From IMG/VR virus record IMGVR_UViG_3300001765_000052: DNA of 64,000 nucleotides, one strand, 5' to 3'. The DNA is from a virus. Below the pieces are notes generated by a model that was not told the origin of the DNA, made no database searches, and worked only from the letters and a program-made list of their open reading frames with translations. Positions within the stretch are counted from its first letter, which is position 1. Each line of letters begins with the position of its first letter. Shown piece by piece: positions 30,190 to 38,438 of this stretch. The translations under genes were made by a program, and so were the position numbers.

Positions 30190-31309
30190 TGCATTTTTAA
30201 GTGTTAGCGCTTATGCAACACCAATGCAAATACCAACGCATACATCTTATCTAAATCCAGTATTTCAAACACCAGATAATATTGATAGCTATTGGAATCT
30301 TGATACACATCTTACATGGTTACGTGAACCAACAGATGGTTGGGGCTACTATGCAATGTCGCACTTTCGATTTAACGGTGGTGGTTCGGGATACATGGGA
30401 CTAATGAAAGCATATGATGGAAAAACAGCTATTTTTTCAATGTGGGATGCATCGAGTACATCTAAAACTTCTCCAGCACACAAAAATTGTAAACGCTTCG
30501 GAACAGAAGGTACCGGCACACAGTGTTTTGTTAAAGGATTTAATTGGAAAGCAGGCATAGAATACAAGATGCGTTTAGAAAGGACACATGACAATCAATG
30601 GTCAGCGTTTGTTGTTGATGTGCTTACCGAAGAGGAAACATTGATTGGTTCTATCAATGTAGATAATGTACCTGGAAAAATCGGGTTTGGTGGTATAAGT
30701 CCAACTGGTAATCTTATCACTAATGAATATTTCATGAGCGTACCTAATCCAACATGTGAAAATGCACCATATTTTGGAGTAGAATGGAAAGGTCCATATA
30801 TTAATGATGTAACGGTTAAACCTAAATCATGGAGGAGTTCCAGAACAAATATTGGAACTAGTTGTCCTAATTTAAAATTGTATGCCGTAAAACCATATGT
30901 TAATAGAATGGAATCTGGATCTGGTGTCGTACCAACACCGGAACAAGAGGTGCCTAGTGTATTCGAGCCTGTACAATTACCATACGATCTAACCTATTAC
31001 GAGCAACTCGATTGTATATTTGATTGGTTAGAAGTTCGTTTAGGTAGTGAACTGAATAACCAACATTTATATAAAACAGTATCAGAATACGGTCAAGCTA
31101 ATGAATATGGTCCGTATGATCCAAAAGGATCATATTATCGAGACTACGGTTATGTGTACGACGATGGAGCTGGTGCAGCAATAGCTATTAGTAACTATTT
31201 CTATCAGTTTTATTTAATGAAGGCCGGTGTTACTGATAGAATTTTAGGTTCATTTAATATCATGAAAATGAAAACAAAGTGTGAAGCTGGCTCACCAACA
31301 GCACATTAA
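30164..31309 (+). CDS. secreted DUF3472-like beta-sandwich protein
   Basis: Signal peptide. GYMGL, AIFSMWD, RFGTEGTG and WKAG..YK motifs. Confidence 0.65.
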   Translation: MKLYTILASAFLSVSAYATPMQIPTHTSYLNPVFQTPDNIDSYWNLDTHLTWLREPTDGWGYYAMSHFRFNGGGSGYMGLMKAYDGKTAIFSMWDASSTSKTSPAHKNCKRFGTEGTGTQCFVKGFNWKAGIEYKMRLERTHDNQWSAFVVDVLTEEETLIGSINVDNVPGKIGFGGISPTGNLITNEYFMSVPNPTCENAPYFGVEWKGPYINDVTVKPKSWRSSRTNIGTSCPNLKLYAVKPYVNRMESGSGVVPTPEQEVPSVFEPVQLPYDLTYYEQLDCIFDWLEVRLGSELNNQHLYKTVSEYGQANEYGPYDPKGSYYRDYGYVYDDGAGAAIAISNYFYQFYLMKAGVTDRILGSFNIMKMKTKCEAGSPTAH

Positions 31310-31350
31310 AAGTATTTATTAATTGCAATATTTAATAAAAGGAAATTGAA

Positions 31351-31551
31351 ATGGATACAATGACAGTAGAGCAAAAGGTAGTGAAACAAATACAGGATAA
31401 ATATGATAGAGATTATAAAGTAATTGAAGAGAAAGCTTCTGAAATAATTACACAAAGAAATAACGATAAATTATCATTAGGATTAAAAAACCAACTTAAT
31501 GATTTAAATAAATTCGGTTTTTCTTTAAATTTAAATACACTTTTAAAATAA
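31351..31551 (+). CDS. hypothetical protein
   Basis: AAGGA SD. Confidence 0.6.
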   Translation: MDTMTVEQKVVKQIQDKYDRDYKVIEEKASEIITQRNNDKLSLGLKNQLNDLNKFGFSLNLNTLLK

Positions 31552-31579
31552 ATTTAATCAAAAAATATTATTCACTTAA

Positions 31580-31972
31580 ATATGTTTTACAACAACCGAT
31601 AAAGGCATTATCGGTACTACCAGTAAAGACACGATCGGTGGTACAGCTGCCGATAATTTCATTTACAGTAAAAGAGGTGCTGATCTTATTACTGGTTTTG
31701 CTGGTAATGATACGTTTGTGTTCTCAAAAACATTAGCGTCTCAATATCTGAATGACGTAGCTCAAATCACTGATTTCAAAGATGGCTTTGACATGATTGG
31801 GTTGCAAGGGTTGACATACAGTGAGCTTTGCATTGAACAAGGCACTGGATCACGCGAAGCTAATACTATCATATCACTGGTTACCGGTGATGCATTAGTT
31901 GTTTTGGTTGGTGTTAATTCATATATGATTACATCTAGTGACTTCACTAGTGTAATATATATCACGGTATAA
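31580..31972 (+). pseudogene. RTX/hemolysin-type calcium-binding C-terminal domain fragment
   Basis: The open frame encodes GTTSKDTIGGTAADNFIYSKRGADLITGFAGNDTFVF...ITDFKDGFDMIGL...LVGV...ITSSDF. The only ATG (31582) is one base out of frame. Confidence 0.7.
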
Positions 31973-32001
31973 TAAATAGGAGCCCTAGGGCTCCTATTTA
32001 T
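31972..32001. terminator. perfect palindrome terminator
   Basis: ataaataggagccct/agggctcctatttat. Confidence 0.75.
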
Positions 32002-32223
32002 CTTACTTCAGTTAGAAATCTATTTTTTATACTAAAAATAAGTTATTAAAAAAAGATTAGAACACTCAATTAATTGAGTGGAAATAGATAAGTGAATTCC
32101 AGATTAATAAAACCACATATTACTAAATTGTACTTAAACACGATTACTTGGAATACAGTATTTCTATTATTGAAACTCATTTAAGTTTCTTTAACAGTTA
32201 ACTAAAATCAAAGAGGTAAGAAA

Positions 32224-32466
32224 ATGGCTACTTTAATAATCCCTGATGTGAACGATCGTACTGTTAATTCACCTGCTATTCTTGTAAATAGTAAAACTAT
32301 TCTGAATATTTATAATTATAATAAAAATCTAAAATTACCTAAAATAAATCAGGATATTTTAGATTGGTTTAAAGAAGTTAGTAAAACATACATGTGGGAT
32401 GAAGTTATTCAATATGGACATGATGTTTTATTAGTCGCTAAAATTGTCATGGTTCAGAATAATTAA
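32224..32466 (+). CDS. hypothetical protein
   Basis: GAGG SD. Confidence 0.7.
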   Translation: MATLIIPDVNDRTVNSPAILVNSKTILNIYNYNKNLKLPKINQDILDWFKEVSKTYMWDEVIQYGHDVLLVAKIVMVQNN

Positions 32467-32497
32467 AGCATATATTATTTTAATGAGAGTAGTTTGT

Positions 32498-32574
32498 CCA
32501 CTAGTGGCCAAGTCGGGTTTAAGGCAACGACCTCATAAGTCGTCGATTCATTGGTTCAAATCCAATCTAGTGGA
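32498..32574 (+). tRNA. tRNA with CAU anticodon (probably Ile2, lysidine-modified; Met not excluded)
   Basis: Cloverleaf: ccactag/ctagtgg acceptor, gcc/ggc D stem, acgac-ctCATaa-gtcgt, attgg-ttcaaat-ccaat. CCA is not encoded. tilS lies about 240 nt downstream. Confidence 0.9.
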
Positions 32575-32597
32575 CAAACTACTCTCGTTTACATAAA

Positions 32598-32819
32598 ATG
32601 AAATTTAAAATGGATAATGCAAATACAAATCAAACTAAACTTGAAATAGATTTAGAAGCTGTTAAAAATGCATTAAGCGATTTTGTTCAAGGTTATCCGG
32701 AATTAGATCGGTTAATTAAAGAATCTGATTCGTTTGAATTAAAATGCAATAAAGGTACATTAAATCTTACTGTTGTAAATACTGGTTTGGTTACTACGTA
32801 TTCTAAACATTTAAGATGA
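32598..32819 (+). CDS. hypothetical protein
   Basis: ORF coupled to tilS through an ATGA overlap. Confidence 0.6.
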   Translation: MKFKMDNANTNQTKLEIDLEAVKNALSDFVQGYPELDRLIKESDSFELKCNKGTLNLTVVNTGLVTTYSKHLR

Positions 32820-33427
32820 AAATCTATTTTCTTAAATCAGCACCAAAAGAATGTTATCTTGCTTTTTCTGGTGGAGTAGATTCAGTGGTATTATTGGATC
32901 TATTAATTAGTAAAAAGGTAGATGTAACATTAGTTTGGGTGGATCATAACACGTCATGGTGCAAACAAGAATTTGAGTTTGCGAGAGAAACAGCCAAAAA
33001 ATATAAACTTGAATTAGTTTGTTATAAAATTAATCTATTTGACAAATCTACTTCACTAGAATGCTTTTGGTCTAGAGAAAGAAACAGAATATTTCAATCT
33101 TTAGATAAAAAAGTATTAGTTGGACACACGTTGGATGATGCAATGGAATGGTATGTAATGTCAGCATTCCAAGGAACTGTAAAGTTATTAGATTATCAAA
33201 ATCAGAATGTTCTTAGGCCATTATTAACAACATCCAAAGAAAAGATTTTACAGTATGCAAATAGAAATGATTTGGTGTATCTAATAGATCCTTCAAATTA
33301 CGATTCTGAATTTAATCTAAGGAATAAAGTTAGATTAAATTTAATACCGGAAGTGTTAAATTGTTTTCCTGGGTTACGCACAACAGTAGCAAAACTGATT
33401 CGTAGAAAAGAGTTTAAAAATGCTTAA
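32816..33427 (+). CDS. tilS: tRNA(Ile)-lysidine synthetase, catalytic domain only
   Basis: AFSGGVDSVVL PP-loop, GHTLDD..E, RPLL, DPSN and RNKVR motifs. Confidence 0.9.
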   Translation: MKIYFLKSAPKECYLAFSGGVDSVVLLDLLISKKVDVTLVWVDHNTSWCKQEFEFARETAKKYKLELVCYKINLFDKSTSLECFWSRERNRIFQSLDKKVLVGHTLDDAMEWYVMSAFQGTVKLLDYQNQNVLRPLLTTSKEKILQYANRNDLVYLIDPSNYDSEFNLRNKVRLNLIPEVLNCFPGLRTTVAKLIRRKEFKNA

Positions 33428-33632
33428 CATAATTATTGAGGGTCCAGATAAAGCTGGTAAAGGACATTTGATTGCACTCATTAGCCGTAAACTAAAGCAA
33501 TCAGGATTGAATGTAACTATTCAATCTGAAACAACACACAATGCACCAAAGATTGCAAAGACTGACGATGAATTAGTTGACAGGTTAAAAGATGTCGAGA
33601 TCTTTATAAAAGAAATGCAAACATTTTCTTAG
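33420..33632 (+). CDS. small P-loop protein (dNMP-kinase-like fragment)
   Basis: IIIEGPDKAGKG. Confidence 0.6.
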   Translation: MLNIIIEGPDKAGKGHLIALISRKLKQSGLNVTIQSETTHNAPKIAKTDDELVDRLKDVEIFIKEMQTFS

Positions 33633-33676
33633 AGTGACAAAGTTAATTAGGAAAAAAGAATTTAAGTAAAGTTTTA

Positions 33677-33764
33677 CCGCCTTGTCCCAATACCAGCCTT
33701 CTAAGCTGGCGTCGTTAAACAATTGGATGGATGACAAGAGGCTCGTTTCCTCCAGGGCGGTCCA
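33677..33764 (+). ncRNA. tRNA-like RNA lacking a D arm, with an Arg(UCU)-type anticodon loop
   Basis: ccgcctt/agggcgg acceptor plus T-CCA, ccagc-ctTCTaa-gctgg arm, gagg-ctcgttt-cctc T arm. Confidence 0.65.
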
Positions 33765-33799
33765 TACATTTTGTACATTAAAAGTTTGCCGGCATTTTA

Positions 33800-34145
33800 G
33801 CATATTAGTGTTTGTAGTTCATATGTGTATCTAATCACGAACGAAAAGCACCAGGCCCTAAGCCTGCATTAAAAAGATTCTGAACTGACAGAATTAACCA
33901 ATTAGGTATCAGTAAACCAAATTTAAGATCAAGATGTGTACGGTGTCTTGTGTGTACTAACGTATTGTAGTTCTAATGTGTGTATAATCACGAACGAAAA
34001 TACGGGGTGACGATACTGGGTTGTATTGAAGTCCCCTCCTTTCGAGGGCTTGCGTCGGACAGGCTTAACAAATTATACATCCGACAAATCCTAAATTATG
34101 GATTCGGCAACTTCGTTAAATGTTTGGTGTCAACTAAACATAATT
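33800..34145 (+). ncRNA. candidate large structured ncRNA (two loop-E-type hairpins, possible pseudoknot)
   Basis: Duplicated hairpin domains at 33808-33851 and 33961-34004 with compensatory closing stems, many other hairpins, and no credible ORF. Confidence 0.65.
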
Positions 34146-34175
34146 TTGTGTTAATATTCTTGTCAAGGAATTAAA

Positions 34176-34526
34176 ATGACTGTTACTATTTTAAATAGTT
34201 TAGATAAGCGTAAACGGTTACGTATTCGTAATACATTGACTGGCTTAGAGCTTCTACCAAATGTCAAAATAATTGATGAAGATGAATGTAATTTCATCCG
34301 AATTAAGCATAGACAGGAATATATTCCTGATTTTGAATTAGTGTGGTGTGATAACAAAAAACATTATAGAGTTTATATACTTATAGCAAGTACTAAACAC
34401 ATTAAAGAAAATAATGGTTATTGTATTTTCACCATACCCAATCAGTTAGCAGCAATGGGTTTTGGAACTATGTATGGTTTTATTTATAAATATCGTGCTA
34501 ATAATAAAATACCATTATTAGCATAA
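34176..34526 (+). CDS. hypothetical protein
   Basis: AAGGA SD. Confidence 0.75.
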   Translation: MTVTILNSLDKRKRLRIRNTLTGLELLPNVKIIDEDECNFIRIKHRQEYIPDFELVWCDNKKHYRVYILIASTKHIKENNGYCIFTIPNQLAAMGFGTMYGFIYKYRANNKIPLLA

Positions 34527-34541
34527 CGATTTTAAAAAATT

Positions 34542-34748
34542 ATGAATGATGCAATAATATTAGATAAACCTACTAACTCACCTATGAAATTTATAGGTGG
34601 AAGAAAATTCATACTTTCAATAATAGTAGTTATTTTAACTTCATTTCTTTGTTGGTTTAATAAAATAGACCAAGGTGTTTATTCTGTAGTTATTGTAGCT
34701 GTTATTGGGGCGTATATAACTGGTAATGTAATTCAGAAAAATAAATGA
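34542..34748 (+). CDS. small two-TM holin-like protein
   Basis: GRKFILSIIVV...VIGAYITGNV.QK pattern. Confidence 0.6.
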   Translation: MNDAIILDKPTNSPMKFIGGRKFILSIIVVILTSFLCWFNKIDQGVYSVVIVAVIGAYITGNVIQKNK

Positions 34749-34759
34749 GTTTATAGTAA

Positions 34760-35077
34760 AAGATGTTCATTTGAAATAGATTTGTTCACAAGTCTCCTCT
34801 TCTTGATTGTCATCGCACAATCGTCTATTTCAGTGTCTGTTGAATTGACAACAGTTACTTTTTTATAACGTATAACTTTCTGTGTAAATACGGCCTTTAT
34901 TGGGCTCAGTGAATTATGTTAACTTACGGAGCATCATTTACCAAAATGATGCTAATCTAGTTGATATCATTCGAACAGAACGCAAGAAATACACGAGACT
35001 ATCTGCAGAATAGGTTCTTGAGTACCACCCTTGAAGCTATTACTTTGGCCCTTATTCCTGGTAAGAATACCAGTCAA
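34760..35077. ncRNA. second candidate structured ncRNA (strand uncertain)
   Basis: About 320 nt without a credible ORF, with nested helices (tgaaataga/tctatttca, gattgt/acaatc, ctgttg/caacag, agcatcattt/aaatgatgct, ttctgt/acagaa). Confidence 0.45.
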
Positions 35078-35143
35078 AGAAATAACCTGAAATATACTGA
35101 AGAACCACTATCAGGTTCTTCAGTATATTTCAGGTTATTTCTT
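35077..35143. repeat. 30-bp perfect inverted repeat with 7-nt loop
   Basis: aagaaataacctgaaatatactgaagaacc-actatca-ggttcttcagtatatttcaggttatttctt. Confidence 0.95.
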
Positions 35144-35159
35144 ATTATGTTATATTTTT

Positions 35160-35861
35160 ATGTATATATTTAAAATTATTATTTTATTTTTTTGTTTTAT
35201 ATTTATAAATTGCGGAGGCGGTGGCAGTAGTATAGATATTAAAAATAATTCTCAAGTGTCTATTGAATTTAACGGGGATAGTTTAATGTACGGTGAAGGT
35301 ATAGCACTAAACATACCAAAATATATTAAATCTACGAATCCACAATGGACTATAGATGATAGAGGTATAAGTGGCTTAACAATGAAACTATTAGATATAG
35401 GTTATAGTGAACCATATTTGAATGCAAATAAATCATTATATCCTAGAGGTCCACAACTATCTTTTTCTAATGTTGAGCATAACAGTAATATAATAATTAT
35501 TGAATTAGGTGCTAATGATGCATATATACAATCATTAACTATAAATGAACCCAGTGAATTTAGTATGCATTTAACATCAATAGTTAACTATATTTTATAT
35601 CACAATAAAATACCAGTATTAGTATTAATACCGCAATTTTCTACAGATGGTATTTTTAATGAAGATACAAAAAAATATAGTGAATTAAATAATGCTATTA
35701 TAAGAAAAATAGCATTAGAAAAAAATTTAGATATCGTAGAATTAGATAAAGTACCATTTAATATTAGTGATACAATAGATGGTGTCCATAGAACTCAGAT
35801 AGCTTCTAACATGTTTGCTGATATGATAATCATAAAAATAAAAAATATATTAGATAGGTAA
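35160..35861 (+). CDS. SGNH/GDSL hydrolase, lipoprotein-like
   Basis: Signal peptide plus CGGGG, then GDSL, GISG, ELGAND and DGVH blocks. Confidence 0.85.
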   Translation: MYIFKIIILFFCFIFINCGGGGSSIDIKNNSQVSIEFNGDSLMYGEGIALNIPKYIKSTNPQWTIDDRGISGLTMKLLDIGYSEPYLNANKSLYPRGPQLSFSNVEHNSNIIIIELGANDAYIQSLTINEPSEFSMHLTSIVNYILYHNKIPVLVLIPQFSTDGIFNEDTKKYSELNNAIIRKIALEKNLDIVELDKVPFNISDTIDGVHRTQIASNMFADMIIIKIKNILDR

Positions 35862-35957
35862 TGTTATGAGTGCATAATCTCAATAGAAAATTCATGAAAA
35901 CTCCTTGACTATAGTCTTGTGCTAGACCGGATTAACCAATTATGCATCTAGTAAAAA

Positions 35958-36002
35958 ATCATATATCCTCTAACAGATTAGTTTGTTAGAGGATATATGA
36001 TT
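35958..36002. terminator. hairpin terminator
   Basis: atcatatatcctctaacaga...tttgttagaggatatatgat. Confidence 0.7.
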
Positions 36003-36091
36003 TAAATATTCGATACATGGGACTTTTTTCTTATTTCAAATTAATAAAACCACATATTACTAATTTGGAGTTTAAACTAAACAGGATTATT

Positions 36092-36412
36092 ATGGATAAT
36101 AAATTTTTATTTACAATTAATAAAAATATTAATGATATATTAATTGAATTAAAGGAACACCGTGTTAAATTTAACATAAATGAAATGTGCCATTTAGAAA
36201 CAATTCGAGTAGTTGCAGATATTAGTAATGAAGAATTAATTCAAATCAATTGGATTGGTTCCGTTGATAGTAAACAATTTTCTATTGAAGCAGATTATTG
36301 CCAAGATGGTACAGTATCAAATACATCAACTGTTATTTATCACGGTAACAGTAATTCATTTTTAGATGAAAAAAATATACCGGAAATTATCAACAATGCA
36401 AAGCACATCTGA
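36092..36412 (+). CDS. hypothetical protein
   Basis: ATG 36092 after AGGA. Promoter motif at about 36050. Confidence 0.65.
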   Translation: MDNKFLFTINKNINDILIELKEHRVKFNINEMCHLETIRVVADISNEELIQINWIGSVDSKQFSIEADYCQDGTVSNTSTVIYHGNSNSFLDEKNIPEIINNAKHI

Positions 36413-36737
36413 AGAACGTATCTTAGGTCCAGCTATTAGGATACTAAATGATAATAGAAAAACCGCTAAAGTGTTTTCTTTACCATTGCCAAATGATCAT
36501 GAAAATATAGATATAAATGATATATTTTTTAATGGTGTTAAAGTAACTGACATTATTATTGAAGCTGATCCAGGTGGTCGTATTAATTATGGCTACTATA
36601 CAAATTTTAATGCATTTGTAAATAGAGTAGACGCAATGGTTATAGCTAAAGAAGCTAATCAAATAGTTTATAATCCTAAGGGTGCTGTATTGTATACGTT
36701 TATGTTAATTGATTTTCAGAAAAGGAATTTAAAATGA
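36396..36737 (+). CDS. conserved phage hypothetical protein
   Basis: GYYTNFNAFVNRVDAMVIAKEANQI resembles the protein at 14296. Confidence 0.7.
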   Translation: MQSTSEERILGPAIRILNDNRKTAKVFSLPLPNDHENIDINDIFFNGVKVTDIIIEADPGGRINYGYYTNFNAFVNRVDAMVIAKEANQIVYNPKGAVLYTFMLIDFQKRNLK

Positions 36738-37612
36738 GCAACGCTCTATGCATTAAGAAAGAACAAATCTATTCACCAATCGAAGAATGGAAACCATTTC
36801 TGGTGGACAGAAGTCTTTGTGAAACAGATGAGAAACTATTACAAATTATACCATACGCTGTATTGATAGACAGTGAAAGTAATGATGTATTTTCTTATAC
36901 TCGTGGAAAAGCCGGAAATGAAGTTCGTTTACATTCTAAAATTAGTATAGGTATTGGTGGACATATTGAGGATGTTTTTGATGGTAGTATATTTGAATTA
37001 ATTGCAAATAATTTATCTCGTGAAATTAAAGAAGAAACTGATTGCTATTGCTCCGTTGGTGATATTGTAGATAATTTAGAAAATGGTTTTTACGACATCA
37101 TTTACAATCCAGAATCAGATGATCTTGTAGATCGTGTGCATGTAGGTATTGTATTATATATTAATGTACTAAAAAATCAATTGGCCAAATTTGAAGAAGA
37201 TGTCATTCATGAACCAAAGTGGTTAAGTCTTAAACAGTTATCCACATTGTTTCATATGAAAAACAATAGCCTAGAATACTGGTCATATCTAGCTAGTGGA
37301 GAAATTTTAAAGAATGAAAAAATTGAAAAAGAAATGAAAATGTATGAAATGCAATATGTGGAAATAAACACATATACAAATAATCATTTAAAACCTATTT
37401 CAATTAAAATAGTAATCGATATAACAGATAAAACATTAGCTAGTCAAGTAGAAGATTGGCAGAAAGGTAATGCAACTTTATGCGGTTATAGCGAGCATCC
37501 TAATTCAATAAATATAGAATATAAAGAGATGTTTATTAGCCCAGGTATGGGTATAAATTCTTCAGTAATTGCTGGAGATACGTTCAAAGTTGAGTTAAAA
37601 GATATAGAATAG
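36734..37612 (+). CDS. NUDIX-family phosphoesterase with C-terminal extension
   Basis: QIIPY, YTRG..NEVRLH.K.SIGIGGHI, REIKEE and VHVG motifs. Confidence 0.85.
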   Translation: MSNALCIKKEQIYSPIEEWKPFLVDRSLCETDEKLLQIIPYAVLIDSESNDVFSYTRGKAGNEVRLHSKISIGIGGHIEDVFDGSIFELIANNLSREIKEETDCYCSVGDIVDNLENGFYDIIYNPESDDLVDRVHVGIVLYINVLKNQLAKFEEDVIHEPKWLSLKQLSTLFHMKNNSLEYWSYLASGEILKNEKIEKEMKMYEMQYVEINTYTNNHLKPISIKIVIDITDKTLASQVEDWQKGNATLCGYSEHPNSINIEYKEMFISPGMGINSSVIAGDTFKVELKDIE

Positions 37613-37639
37613 TTTGTTTATTTATTTTGAAAGATATAT

Positions 37640-38002
37640 ATGTATATTCCGTATCCTGTATTAATGCCAATATCACAAATTGCACGAGTATGTCATGAAA
37701 CAAATCGTGCATATTGTCAAGCATTAGGTGATAATAGTCAGCCTACATGGGAAGAAGCACCTCAGTGGCAAAAAGATTCCGCTGTTAATGGTGTAATGTT
37801 TCATATTGATAATCCGGGAGCAGGACCTGAATACTCACATGTGGAATGGTTGAAACAAAAAACAGAAGAAGGTTGGATCTATGGTCCTGAAAAGAAACCG
37901 GAAGTTAAACAACATCCGTGTTGTGTTCCATATGACAAACTTCCAGTTGAACAAAAAGCTAAAGACTATATATTTAGATCGTTAGTACACTCATTAAAAT
38001 AA
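37640..38002 (+). CDS. RyR-domain protein
   Basis: IARVCHE..HVEWLKQKTEEGWIYG..HPCCVPYDKLP.EQKAKD. Confidence 0.85.
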   Translation: MYIPYPVLMPISQIARVCHETNRAYCQALGDNSQPTWEEAPQWQKDSAVNGVMFHIDNPGAGPEYSHVEWLKQKTEEGWIYGPEKKPEVKQHPCCVPYDKLPVEQKAKDYIFRSLVHSLK

Positions 38003-38010
38003 ATATAAAA

Positions 38011-38044
38011 ATGCATTACCTGACAAATTTGTCAGGTAATGCAT
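38011..38044. terminator. perfect palindrome terminator
   Basis: atgcattacctgacaaa/tttgtcaggtaatgcat. Confidence 0.75.
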
Positions 38045-38068
38045 AGATATACTATTTATTTTTAACAA

Positions 38069-38343
38069 TTAAATAGGAGCATGTGTATTATCGTAATCGC
38101 TAAGAGCTTTAACTACATCGTTTAAAGCTCTTTGCGCATTGGACAATTGAGCGTATGCTGATTGTAGCTGAGTCGTAGCAATTTGAATTTGTGTTTGATT
38201 TCGCTAGCTATTGCAGCAGATAATGCAGCTTGCTTTTGTGCTACAAGTGCGTTCTTCGCAGCTACATTGGCTTGAGCAACAGTGACTGCAGCAACTAGCG
38301 TAGCACGATATACAGGGTCGGAAGGAGGTAGAGATCCAGGTAT
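38069..38343 (-). pseudogene. Ala/Gln-rich coiled-coil gene with an ATA start and an internal frameshift
   Basis: After AGGAATTTAT the frame reads (I)PGSLPPSDPVYRATLVAAVTVAQANV...AAIAS, then NQTQIQIATTQLQSAYAQLSNAQRALNDVVKALSDYDNTHAPI* in a shifted frame. Confidence 0.55.
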
Positions 38344-38438
38344 ATAAATTCCTAAAAAAATAAAATATTGCGTAATTTATAAGTACGCAAAAAAACCTAT
38401 TTATCTGATTATTTCAGTTTACAGATAAAATGCACACA

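Noticed and set aside
33800-34145. Structured region as tmRNA, RNase P RNA or a group I intron
   Set aside because: I could not find a tmRNA tag frame with tRNA-Ala-like ends, the RNase P P4 consensus, or P/Q/R/S elements.
33980-34174. 64-aa ORF in the structured region
   Set aside because: No SD and no protein-like features. The region is better explained by RNA structure.
34961-35173. 70-aa ORF
   Set aside because: TTG start, and it runs through a 30-bp palindrome, so it is probably spurious.
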